Source: Coleofasciculus sp. B1-GNL1-01
GTDB lineage: Bacteria; Cyanobacteriota; Cyanobacteriia; Cyanobacteriales; Coleofasciculaceae
DNA: 64,000 bases
NCBI GenBank assembly: GCA_040220235.1
Contig: JAVJTO010000030.1
Strand: one strand, 5' to 3'
The position numbers and the translations under genes are program-made. Positions 32,962 to 42,513 of this stretch are shown here, in pieces. The notes under the pieces were generated by a model. It did no database searches and had not been told where the DNA came from. It saw nothing but the letters and a program-made list of their open reading frames with translations. How positions within the stretch are numbered: the first letter of the stretch is position 1; each line of letters starts with the position of its first letter.

Positions 32962-33160
32962 CCCCCCTCTGCGAACCTCTGCGCTTCCCTCTGCGTCCCT
33001 CTGCGTTAAAAAAACCATTCACCCCAAACTCAACCATGAACCTCAAACGAGTCGTCAACCACCTCTAACCCCCTCTGCGAAACTCTGCGCTTCCCTCTGC
33101 GCCCCTCTGCGTTAAAAAACAACATTGCACCCACCACCACTAACTCAACCATGAACCCTC
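32938..33160 (+). repeat. Duplicated right arm (4x CTCTGCG) with GxxExxY 3' end and flv1 start
   Basis: The segment aaacgagtcgtcaa(t/c)cacctctaa...ctctgcgttaaaa...aactcaaccatgaacc occurs twice, ~107 bp apart. Confidence 0.9.
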
Positions 33161-34875
33161 CTACCCCTCGCGACGTTCAAGTCCTCCCCATCGCCTCCGA
33201 CACCACTATTCTCCGTTCCCGGACGTGGGATAGACTCAAATTTGAAATCGAATATGCCCTACAACGCGGCACCACCGCCAATTCCTATCTCATCCAAGCC
33301 GATAAAATCGCCCTGATTGATCCCCCTGGCGAATCCTTCACCGAAATCTTTTTAACCGAACTCCAACGCCGGATTGACCCCAAACAAATCGATTATGTTA
33401 TCCTCGGTCACGTCAATCCCAATCGAGGCGTTACCCTCAAAGCCTTACTCAAACTTGCCCCTCAGATTCAATTTGTCTGTTCCAATCCTGGTGCGATCGC
33501 GCTGCGTGGTATCTTAGATGCACCGGATTTAAAAGTAACGGTGGCGCGAGGCGATGAAAGCCTGGATTTAGGGAAAGGTCATCACCTGCAATTTATCCCC
33601 ACGCCGAATCCCCGTTGGCCCGATGCCCTCTGTACCTACGACCCGCACACCGAAGTTCTATTTACCGATAAGTTATTTGGGGCCCATCTGTGTGGTGACC
33701 AAGTAATGGATGAAGGCTGGACAACAATTAGCGAACACCGCCGCTATTATTTCGATTGCGTCATGGCACCCCATGCGCGACAGGTGGAAAAGGCGTTGGA
33801 TAAGGTAGAGGAGGTGCAAGCAAGGCTGTATGCTACAGGTCATGGGCAATTGGTACGCTATAGCTTAATTCCCCTGACCCAATCCTATCGCCAATGGTGT
33901 GAGGCGCAAAAAACCCAAGACATAAGCGTCGCCCTGTTATATGCTTCAGCTTATGGGAATACCGGAACCGTTGCCCAGGCGATCGCACGGGGGATTACTA
34001 AAGCTGGAGTTGGTGTAGAATCGATTAACTGCGAAATCGCTGACCCGGAGGAAATTCGCGCCGCCGTGGAAAAGGCGGAGGGGTTTGTCATGGGTTCTCC
34101 GACGCTGGGGGGTCATGCACCCACCCAGATTCAAACGGCTTTGGGAATTGTTTTATCCACGGCGACGAAAACCAAACTGGCGGGGGTTTTTGGGTCATTC
34201 GGCTGGAGTGGTGAAGCGATTGACTTGATTGAAAATAAGTTTAAGGATGCGGGGTATAAGTTTGGCTTTGAGACGATTCGGGTTAAGTTTAAGCCCACGG
34301 AAGCTACACTGAAATACGCCGAAGAAGCGGGAACGGATTTTGCCCAAGCCTTGAAGAAAGCCAAGAAATCCCGCACATCTCGCCAACCCGTCAGTGATGC
34401 CCAAGTTGCCCGAACGGAACAGGCTGTGGGGCGGTTAATTGGGTCCCTTTGTATTATTACCGCCAAGCAGGGAGAACTCACGGGGGCGATGTTGGCAGAT
34501 TGGATTTCCCAAGCCACATTTAATCCACCGGGTTTAACGATTGCAGTGGCGAAAGACCGGGCGATTGAGTCGTTATTGTATCAGGGGGATCAGTTTGTCG
34601 TGAATATTTTAGAGGAAGGCAAGCATTTGGGATTAATGAAGCATTTCCTCAAACCCTTTGCCCCAGGGGAAGACCGATTTGCGGGGGTGGCGACGGAGGA
34701 TGGCGAAAATGGTTGTCCGATTCTCAGCGATGCTTTGGCGTATGTGGAATGTACGGTGGATAATCGGATGGAATGTGGGGATCATTGGTTGATTTATGGG
34801 GTAGTGACCAATGGCAAGGTGTTATCGGATGGGGTAACGGCGGTGCATCATCGCAAGTCGGGGACGCATTATTAG
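33151..34875 (+). CDS. flv1: Flavodiiron protein, Flv1-type
   Basis: EYALQRGTTANSY, non-canonical HVNPNR, RWPD and HHRKSGTHY. Confidence 0.85.
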   Translation: MNPPTPRDVQVLPIASDTTILRSRTWDRLKFEIEYALQRGTTANSYLIQADKIALIDPPGESFTEIFLTELQRRIDPKQIDYVILGHVNPNRGVTLKALLKLAPQIQFVCSNPGAIALRGILDAPDLKVTVARGDESLDLGKGHHLQFIPTPNPRWPDALCTYDPHTEVLFTDKLFGAHLCGDQVMDEGWTTISEHRRYYFDCVMAPHARQVEKALDKVEEVQARLYATGHGQLVRYSLIPLTQSYRQWCEAQKTQDISVALLYASAYGNTGTVAQAIARGITKAGVGVESINCEIADPEEIRAAVEKAEGFVMGSPTLGGHAPTQIQTALGIVLSTATKTKLAGVFGSFGWSGEAIDLIENKFKDAGYKFGFETIRVKFKPTEATLKYAEEAGTDFAQALKKAKKSRTSRQPVSDAQVARTEQAVGRLIGSLCIITAKQGELTGAMLADWISQATFNPPGLTIAVAKDRAIESLLYQGDQFVVNILEEGKHLGLMKHFLKPFAPGEDRFAGVATEDGENGCPILSDALAYVECTVDNRMECGDHWLIYGVVTNGKVLSDGVTAVHHRKSGTHY

Positions 34876-34965
34876 TAAGCTGTCATGCATTTAAATTGGG
34901 TATTAGTAGCGAGCAAGATACTCGCACTACAAGGATGAGAGCCATTATTGACATTACGGTTTAAA
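34876..34965 (+). mobile_element. AGCTGT MITE copy, right end missing
   Basis: Matches 63304-63391 with a few substitutions; stops after ggtttaaa. Confidence 0.8.
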
Positions 34966-35380
34966 CTGAAGTTCCCCAGTGCAGATGTACTACACCCAGG
35001 CTAAAGCCTTATTCCATGGTTGTTTGATCGCTCAACCCCTCAAAGTCGTACCCATGTAGCCCTTGCCAAAATCTGGAATTGATGCCATTTGGCGGGTAAG
35101 GGACTTGCGACTTAATAATGTACCAAGGAGACTTAGCTGAGTTCATGAATTTCAGCTTTCCTCACTGGTACTTTATTTTTACGCCGCTCCCTAACAACGG
35201 TTCCTCTTGAGGCGTAGATCAATTCCCAGTTATAGCGCTTCGCGCTGGTCTAGTTACACTTTGTTTGTACGCTACTCGTTGCAGCAGTTCGGTTTTTAAG
35301 GCTAATTGCGTTGCGTCATTGCTCACCATATCTCACCATATCTTCATGTTTCTTTCCAGGCTTTGAGGAAAGGCATTAAG

Positions 35381-36688
35381 TTAAGTTTCCGTTGATTGAG
35401 TATGGATAATTATCCAGTCTCCATCCTCGGTCTGACCGACAAGATAGACATGTACTATAACTTGACTGAACCGATAAAATTGGAAATTAGTTAGGTTAGA
35501 TTTGACTAAATTTGCAAAATTTTGGTTTTGATTATGTTCTTCATTATTATCCTGATCATCTTCTCCAAAAAAACCTTCTCCCAATTCAGCGATTTTAATA
35601 AATCCCGCTCGGTCAAAAAGTTTTTTTAGCATTAAATCTCGTTGTTCGGCGATTTCCCCAACAAAGCACTCTAGATAATCAATATTTTCAAAACGTTCAA
35701 TTCGAGAACTCGCACTCTCCAACACTTCTATGGCTGCTTGATTCTCTGGCTTGGCTATTGCTAAGTCACGCCCTAGCGGAATGGGTGAACAGCCCATAAG
35801 ATGCACAGCTTGCCATTCGCTACTCAACTCTGTTGATAATCCTAACCAATCACCTACTGCGGTTTGCCCTATCAGTATGTAGGTATAAAGGTCTATTTCT
35901 ATTTCATCTTGAGTATTGCTAGTGAGTCGATAGACTTGCCAGTTGGTCAGATACGGTTCCAGTTGCGCCATTAAAGTCCGAAACCCTTGGATGACCTCTT
36001 GCGCTCCCTTCAACATGGCAGAACCTTCACCTCGATAGTTGAGAATCTGGAACCATTCGAGTGTGTTAATGTCCCCGGTGTAGAAATCATCCAGCGTGAT
36101 TCCTTTGAGATGTCCCATTGCCAAAAATAATTTCTCCAGGTTAAATTCTCCTCTTTGGTTTACTTCCCAGAGAAAAACTTGGTAGGGATAATCCGATTCG
36201 CTACCATAAGTATAAAATAGTCCCTGACAAGCTTCTCGAAGTGTAGATAACAATTTGAGGTTAGGATTGTCTGGGGAATTGCAGAAGATCCCAGCTAAAT
36301 CAGAAGCATTGCGAACATTAGTCAAGTTCGCACCAAACCAACTGGCGCCACCTAGATTAGCATCCGTCAAATCAGCCCCTGTTAGGTCAGCATCTTCTAG
36401 GTTGGCATCAGCGAGGGTAGCCCCTCTCAGATTTGCCCCTCGCAGCTTGGCTACGTTCAAGTTGGCTAAAAAGAGGAAAGCATCCGATAGGTTAGCTTGA
36501 CTCAGGTCAGCTTGACTCAAGTTGGCATTATTGAGGTTGGTTTCCTTTAAGTTTGTCTGTCTCAGATTTGCTCCACTCAGGTTAATCCCCGACAAATTGA
36601 GTTTTTCCAAGTCCGCGCCGCTTAGGTCAATACCAGAAAAATCTCGCTCAAGAGCGGTATAGCGTTCAAGCAATTCTTGGCGGTTCAT
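35381..36688 (-). CDS. Pentapeptide repeat protein fused to a NuiA (nuclease A inhibitor)-like domain
   Basis: N-terminal pentapeptide repeats, then GLFYTYGSESDYPY and two YxLxGQTxxGDWxxxxT half-domains. Confidence 0.7.
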   Translation of the reverse strand: MNRQELLERYTALERDFSGIDLSGADLEKLNLSGINLSGANLRQTNLKETNLNNANLSQADLSQANLSDAFLFLANLNVAKLRGANLRGATLADANLEDADLTGADLTDANLGGASWFGANLTNVRNASDLAGIFCNSPDNPNLKLLSTLREACQGLFYTYGSESDYPYQVFLWEVNQRGEFNLEKLFLAMGHLKGITLDDFYTGDINTLEWFQILNYRGEGSAMLKGAQEVIQGFRTLMAQLEPYLTNWQVYRLTSNTQDEIEIDLYTYILIGQTAVGDWLGLSTELSSEWQAVHLMGCSPIPLGRDLAIAKPENQAAIEVLESASSRIERFENIDYLECFVGEIAEQRDLMLKKLFDRAGFIKIAELGEGFFGEDDQDNNEEHNQNQNFANLVKSNLTNFQFYRFSQVIVHVYLVGQTEDGDWIIIHTQSTET

Positions 36689-36904
36689 TACGTCTGCTCT
36701 CAAATAATTTTCCTCATTTTAGTACAAATGCACTGATTTCAGTTCCTCCGGTGCAGATGTTTCTTGAGTTAAAGTCCCACGGTTCTCGTTATGTTCCCGA
36801 CAGATGCTGATTCAACGGTAAAACCTGCGTAAGTCCTGAAGATATCAGCATCCCGCGCCCAAAAAAGCTAGAGTAACAAAGTCAGCAGGTATGAAATTAG
36901 ACAA

Positions 36905-37741
36905 ATGGGGACACTGTATGTTGTTGGGACGCCAATTGGCAACCTAGAAGATATGACCTTCCGGGCGGTACGCATCTTGCAAACGGTTGATACTATCGCC
37001 GCCGAAGATACCCGCCACACGGGAAAACTGTTGCAGCATTTTCAAATTAAAACCAACCAAATCAGCTACCACCAACACAATCGCCAGCAGCGCCTACCCG
37101 AATTGCTGCATCGGTTAACGGCGGGAAAAACCATCGCCTTGGTTACAGATGCGGGAATGCCCAGTATATCTGACCCCGGTTATGAACTCGTCCATGCTGC
37201 TATAGAAGCTGGAATCCCGGTGATCCCCATCCCCGGTGCTACGGCGGGAATTACCGCCCTCAGCGCTTCTGGACTCCCTACTGATCGATTTGTGTTTGAA
37301 GGCTTTTTACCTGCTAGTGGTCAAGAACGCCAACAACGGTTAGAGTTGTTAGCGGCTGAATCGAGAACCTTAATTTTTTACGAATCGCCCTACCGCCTCC
37401 AGCAAACCCTGGAAGATTTCGCCACTATCTTTAGTCCCTCCCGTCAAATCGTCCTAGCGCGGGAATTAACCAAGTTACATGAACAATTCTGGCGAGGCAC
37501 AATTGAAGAGGCGATCGCATATTACACTGACCACGAACCCAAAGGTGAATTTACCCTAATCCTTGCTGGCGCACCTGCTGAAACCCCTGTCCTCTCTGAA
37601 GCCGCCCTCAAAGCTGAACTCAGCCAACTGATTAACCAAGGACTTTCGCGATCGCAAGCCGCCCGTCAATTATCTCATCTCACTAATCTGCCGCGACGCC
37701 ACCTTTACCAAATGGCACTATCGTTAACCGAGATCCCGTAG
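36905..37741 (+). CDS. rsmI: 16S rRNA C1402 2'-O-methyltransferase
   Basis: GTPIGNLED, AEDTR, DAGMPSISDPG and ARELTKLHE motifs. Confidence 0.97.
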   Translation: MGTLYVVGTPIGNLEDMTFRAVRILQTVDTIAAEDTRHTGKLLQHFQIKTNQISYHQHNRQQRLPELLHRLTAGKTIALVTDAGMPSISDPGYELVHAAIEAGIPVIPIPGATAGITALSASGLPTDRFVFEGFLPASGQERQQRLELLAAESRTLIFYESPYRLQQTLEDFATIFSPSRQIVLARELTKLHEQFWRGTIEEAIAYYTDHEPKGEFTLILAGAPAETPVLSEAALKAELSQLINQGLSRSQAARQLSHLTNLPRRHLYQMALSLTEIP

Positions 37742-38068
37742 GGGTGGGTTTAGGAATTCAATGAACAGACACACTTTAAACCAGACAACGAAACCCGCCC
37801 TCTTCTTGGCGCTAAATTAAGGCTGGTGGGTTTCGACTTCGCTCAACCCAGCCTACGGTATATCAGACGAAGGACAAATGACGAAGGACGAATGACATAA
37901 GACAAATAACTGAAAAAGACCATCAACTTGACAGATGGTCTTTCTTGTGCTACAGATGTCGTTGTCATTTTTGGAGGAAATCTGCTGCCCGTTCCCAAAC
38001 GCACAGCTTAAGATTTCTTCATATTTTTATCGTAACAGAGAATACGGTTTTTATCAAACTTTACATTT

Positions 38069-39916
38069 TTATCCCGAAATATCTGCCGTCTGATAGTGTT
38101 CAGCCTGTTGAGGACGCCCCCATAGGATTTGTTCTCGCTTGTAAATTGCCATTCCCGGTTTAGCCCCCTTGGGCTTGTAAACATACTTCGGCTCAGTATA
38201 CACCACAGGTACTGTATCACTCTGACGACCTCGACTATAATGAGCAGCTAAGTCAGCCGCAAACTGGAGATCCGCTTCATCTGCCACCGCCCCTGGATCT
38301 AAGCGTAATAAGACATGACTCCCAGCAATCTCCTGGGTATGAAACCACAAGTCATAATCCCCAGCCGTGCGAAAGGTAAGCTGGTCATTTTGGCGATTGT
38401 TACGACCAATTAACAATTCAAACCCACTGGGCGTGCGATATCGGTAGGGTTCAGAGGCTTCGGTGACATCCCGACTCCGTTGATCTCGAACATCCAAATA
38501 CCCTTGCCCAATCAACTCCTCGCGGATTTCCTGTAACGCCTGCAAATCTTCCGGCGTGGTGTAGCGATCAATCTGAATTAAAGACGCCTCAACCTGTTCC
38601 AAATACTCAACTTCCGCTTGCACCTCTTGCAGTAACGGCACAACCGCCAGACGCGCCCGTTTCAGCTTTTGATGACGTTTATAGAGGGCTTGAGCATTTT
38701 GCACAGCATTTTTGTCGGGATCGAGGGAAATCGTCAACGGTTGATTGGTTTCAAAATCCAGAACCGTGATCTGGTTCATTCCCGGTTGCCAATCTTGCAG
38801 ATGTGCCATCAATAAGTCAGCTTGTTGACGATACTCATCCGCCTGTTCCGATTGCTGTAACCGTTGTTCAAAGCCTAACGCCTTGGAGCGCGATCGCGCT
38901 AAAAAATTGTTGACTTTCTGAGTCAGTTGGTTATGCAGTCGGCTAAACTCTTGTCGATTCAGTTGATCTGTATAGTAATGATGCAGTAAAAACTGGACAT
39001 TTGCAGCAGGTTTAATCACACCCCAACCCAGCACATTATATCCATCCTCTGTCCAACCCGGTTGTAAACGGTTAACTTCCTTGTCTCCCCCATCTTCCCC
39101 AACAAGGGCGGGTTTAGTTAAGTTATCAGTTTTCTCCAAAACATTATCCGTAAAACCCGCCCCTACAACTTGACCCCAATTTTCCAACGCCCATAGCCAT
39201 TCTTGCCAGCGCTGAAACAGCCGTTGCCAATCCTCTGTCTTTAACGTGTCTGTAGATTGGTTGGGATCTAAATCAGCCGTTTGGATCATGGAACGCACCA
39301 AGGCTGGACTTAATCCCCGATAACTCTTGAGTAATTGCCGTTTTAACGCTCCGGGAACTAAGCTAACTCGTTCTTGCCAACGCTCCTGGGACTCACTTAA
39401 ACTGGGTAAATCCCCCAACAATGCTGGCGGATGTTCGTAAGGCTGACCCGTTTGAATCGGGCGGACGCTCGATTGCTGGGAGCTAACCTGATGGGCGGCG
39501 GTGACGATGATATTTTTATCATCTGTCAGAATAACATTACTATATTTACCCATAATTTCTACATACAGATGCCAGAGAATCGGATCTCCGGGGCGTCGGG
39601 CGAATTGCAAGTCTAACACCCTCTCCCAAGGAGCAATGAACTGAATCCCGACTAGCGCCAACCCATTTAACTGATGTCGCAGTTGGTCACTAAACGTAAA
39701 CGTATCCGGTAGGCGAGGCGGCGGATCAGCCAAGCAAATTCGGGCGGCTTGGGGATGCCAAGCCAGCGTCAGCCATCCTCTACCCTGAAGCGTTCGTAAG
39801 CATAGAGTAATAGTAAAGCGATCGCGCTGATAAACCTTTTCCAGTCGTCCTGGTATCCAACCCGCTTGTAACTCTGCACAAGCGGCTGTCAAGGTCGTAA
39901 AGTCAACCTGTTGCAT
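38069..39916 (-). CDS. rqcH: NFACT/RqcH (FbpA-like) protein
   Basis: EIMGKYSNVIL, GRNNRQND, WFHTQEIAGSHV and YKPKGAKPG motifs. Confidence 0.9.
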   Translation of the reverse strand: MQQVDFTTLTAACAELQAGWIPGRLEKVYQRDRFTITLCLRTLQGRGWLTLAWHPQAARICLADPPPRLPDTFTFSDQLRHQLNGLALVGIQFIAPWERVLDLQFARRPGDPILWHLYVEIMGKYSNVILTDDKNIIVTAAHQVSSQQSSVRPIQTGQPYEHPPALLGDLPSLSESQERWQERVSLVPGALKRQLLKSYRGLSPALVRSMIQTADLDPNQSTDTLKTEDWQRLFQRWQEWLWALENWGQVVGAGFTDNVLEKTDNLTKPALVGEDGGDKEVNRLQPGWTEDGYNVLGWGVIKPAANVQFLLHHYYTDQLNRQEFSRLHNQLTQKVNNFLARSRSKALGFEQRLQQSEQADEYRQQADLLMAHLQDWQPGMNQITVLDFETNQPLTISLDPDKNAVQNAQALYKRHQKLKRARLAVVPLLQEVQAEVEYLEQVEASLIQIDRYTTPEDLQALQEIREELIGQGYLDVRDQRSRDVTEASEPYRYRTPSGFELLIGRNNRQNDQLTFRTAGDYDLWFHTQEIAGSHVLLRLDPGAVADEADLQFAADLAAHYSRGRQSDTVPVVYTEPKYVYKPKGAKPGMAIYKREQILWGRPQQAEHYQTADISG

Positions 39917-40161
39917 GTCTTCGTGATGGGGTGTAACGGTGTCTCGTATAAATTGGTGTCCGTTGTCGTCTGACTATCTACTTAATAGCCGATGACAAGT
40001 AAGCCGCATTTATGGCAAGCAAATCTACTCTTTTTTTAGCGTCAACCCGAAAATTCAGGTTTTCTGTGCAATTTAACCTTGTAAGCCTAAATTTTTGTAG
40101 ATAACATTGAAATCAAATCCCTCGTAATCGCTCCTCAAGCGGCTTTTGCCGTTATTTTTTC

Positions 40162-40428
40162 ATGGACATTCAACTGATCAATATCGGTTTTGGTAACATT
40201 GTTTCGGCAAACCGTGTCGTGGCAATCGTTTCTCCAGAGTCTGCCCCGATTAAGCGTATCATTACAGATGCTCGCGATCGCGGACAACTGGTTGATGCAA
40301 CGTATGGGCGGCGCACTCGAGCTGTCATTATTACCGATTCTAGCCATGTCATTTTATCAGCGATTCAGCCAGAAACGGTTGCTCATCGCTTTGTCATTGG
40401 CAAAGAGGGAGCAACCAGTACTAATTAA
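40162..40428 (+). CDS. remA: DUF370 / RemA family protein
   Basis: [16 protein letters not shown] and [11 protein letters not shown] motifs; directly upstream of gmk. Confidence 0.93.
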   Translation: MDIQLINIGFGNIVSANRVVAIVSPESAPIKRIITDARDRGQLVDATYGRRTRAVIITDSSHVILSAIQPETVAHRFVIGKEGATSTN

Positions 40429-40443
40429 CTCGACAAGAAACCG

Positions 40444-40995
40444 ATGATCAAACCAGGCAGACTTATTGTAGTAACGGGTCCAAGTGGCGTGGGGAAAGGA
40501 ACGTTAGTCCGTTTACTCTTGACTAGACATCCGCAACTGTACCTATCGATTTCCACCACTACCCGTCAACCCCGCCCTGGTGAAGTGGAGGGACAACATT
40601 ATTATTTTGTCAGTCAGGATACGTTTAAGCAGATGGTCAGCGCCAATGAGTTATTGGAATGGGCAGAGTATGCGGGGAATTATTATGGTACACCCCGCAA
40701 ACCCGTAGAACAGCATATTCAACGGGGTGAGTCCGTCCTCTTGGAAATTGAACTGGAGGGAGCAAGGCAAGTTCAACAAACCTTTCCCACCGCCTTGCGT
40801 ATTTTTATTCTACCCCCCAATATGGCGGAACTCGAACAGCGCATTCGGGGGAGGGGTAAGGATAGTGAGGACGCGATCGCACAACGCCTGGAACGAGCCA
40901 AAGCTGAAATCGAGGCGGCGGATGAGTTCGATCTGCAAATTGTCAATGACAATCTAGAAGAGGCACTATCGAAGCTAGAAGCAGCTATTTTTTGA
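40444..40995 (+). CDS. gmk: Guanylate kinase
   Basis: [18 protein letters not shown] and NYYGT motifs. Confidence 0.97.
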   Translation: MIKPGRLIVVTGPSGVGKGTLVRLLLTRHPQLYLSISTTTRQPRPGEVEGQHYYFVSQDTFKQMVSANELLEWAEYAGNYYGTPRKPVEQHIQRGESVLLEIELEGARQVQQTFPTALRIFILPPNMAELEQRIRGRGKDSEDAIAQRLERAKAEIEAADEFDLQIVNDNLEEALSKLEAAIF

Positions 40996-41327
40996 GGGGC
41001 GGAGTAAATGGGAAGGTGAGGGAGATGAGGAACACCTCGACTTACTTCGGCTTCGCTCAGTAACACGCTCGGTGTGTCAGATGGGGAAGATAGGGAAGAT
41101 GGTGTAGGGGCGGGTTTCACTACTATCGTTGGAAATGGTGCGTTACGCTACCCTTCGGGAACGCTTCGCGAACGCTAACGCACCCTACACCCGCCCCGAC
41201 TTTACGTAGCTTGCTTCTCGCGAAGCGAGTATGACCAATGACGAATGACAAATAACAATGCCAGTATAGAAGAACCAATATCAGGGGCATCACGATAATC
41301 TCTCACCGTTGAAAACCGCAGGTAAGC

Positions 41328-42314
41328 ATGCAAAGTCAATTAAATACCCCTGTACTCGAACAATTGATTGATTCACTTCAATCCAGTTATTCGGTGGAAG
41401 AGGCATGTACAACCATTGAACCCTTAGTTCAACAGCTTTTTCCCGATGAAATTGGGGCGATTTTTGTCATGAACTCCTCAAAAAACTTACTGGAGGCGAT
41501 CGCGACTTGGGGTTCTGTTCCGTTGACGAGCGATTCGGTCTTTTCGCCCCACGAATGCCTAGCATTACGACGCGGACAGGCTCATTTGGTCGATGATACC
41601 CAGTATTGTTTAAACTGCCAGCATATTCGCGCTAATTCTCCTGCCGTGGAAACCTATTGTGTTCCTATGATTGCCCATGGAGACACGGTGGGGTTGTTGT
41701 CCGTTAGTTCACTCCAACGGGGGCGAATTGCCCAAACTCGACAATTAGCGGAGAAAGTGGCGAAGCATATTGGCTTGGCATTAGCGAACTTAAAACTGCG
41801 AGAAACGCTGAAAACCCAGACGTTTCGAGATCCGCTGACGAAACTGTATAACCGACGTTATCTGGAAGAATGCTTTGAACGAGAAATCCGCAAGTCTCAA
41901 CGTCAACCCAAGCCTATCGGGGTAATTTTATTGGAAATTGATGAGATGGAACAGTTAAACCAGCGATTTGGTAAATCTGTAGCTGATTTGCTGTTGCGCG
42001 AGATTGGGTTGTTATTACCCAGCCAAGTTCGGGCGTCGGATATTGCCTGTCGTTATGGTGGTCAACAATTTCTCCTACTCTTACCAGAAGCCGCGTTAGC
42101 CGTCACCCAACGACGCGCCGAACAACTGCGACAGAGTATTCAGCAACTTCGTTTAGACTATCGGGGTCAATCCTTGAGTTCTCTAACAATTTCTGCGGGG
42201 ATAGCCAGTTTTGCTGAACATGGCAAGACGGCAAAGGAAGTGCTACAAGCAGCTCAGATCGCCCTGAATTTAGCAATTACTGGAGGACGCGATCGCATTG
42301 TCACAGCATCCTGA
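41328..42314 (+). CDS. GAF + degenerate GGDEF protein
   Basis: DPLTKLYNRR motif present; signature reads RYGGQQF; RxxD I-site (RASD) intact. Confidence 0.85.
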   Translation: MQSQLNTPVLEQLIDSLQSSYSVEEACTTIEPLVQQLFPDEIGAIFVMNSSKNLLEAIATWGSVPLTSDSVFSPHECLALRRGQAHLVDDTQYCLNCQHIRANSPAVETYCVPMIAHGDTVGLLSVSSLQRGRIAQTRQLAEKVAKHIGLALANLKLRETLKTQTFRDPLTKLYNRRYLEECFEREIRKSQRQPKPIGVILLEIDEMEQLNQRFGKSVADLLLREIGLLLPSQVRASDIACRYGGQQFLLLLPEAALAVTQRRAEQLRQSIQQLRLDYRGQSLSSLTISAGIASFAEHGKTAKEVLQAAQIALNLAITGGRDRIVTAS

Positions 42315-42416
42315 TTACCTTGCTCAATTCAAAAGTTATATTGTAGGGGCGGGTTTAGCCATTTATAAAACTCGGTTAATCATAACGTATCAACAAAACC
42401 CGCCCTTATTCACCGT

Positions 42417-42513
42417 CTTCCCCCGCTCCCCCAGCTTCCCCAGCTTCCCCAGCTTCCCCAGCTTCCCCAGCTCCCCCAGCTTCCCCAGCTTCCCCAGCTC
42501 CCCCAGCTTCCCC
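42417..42513. repeat. 9-bp STRR (CTTCCCCAG)n, about 10 copies
   Basis: Direct tandem repeats between convergent genes. Related G/A-rich 9-10-mers occur at 17820, 21200, 46065 and 56387. Confidence 0.9.
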
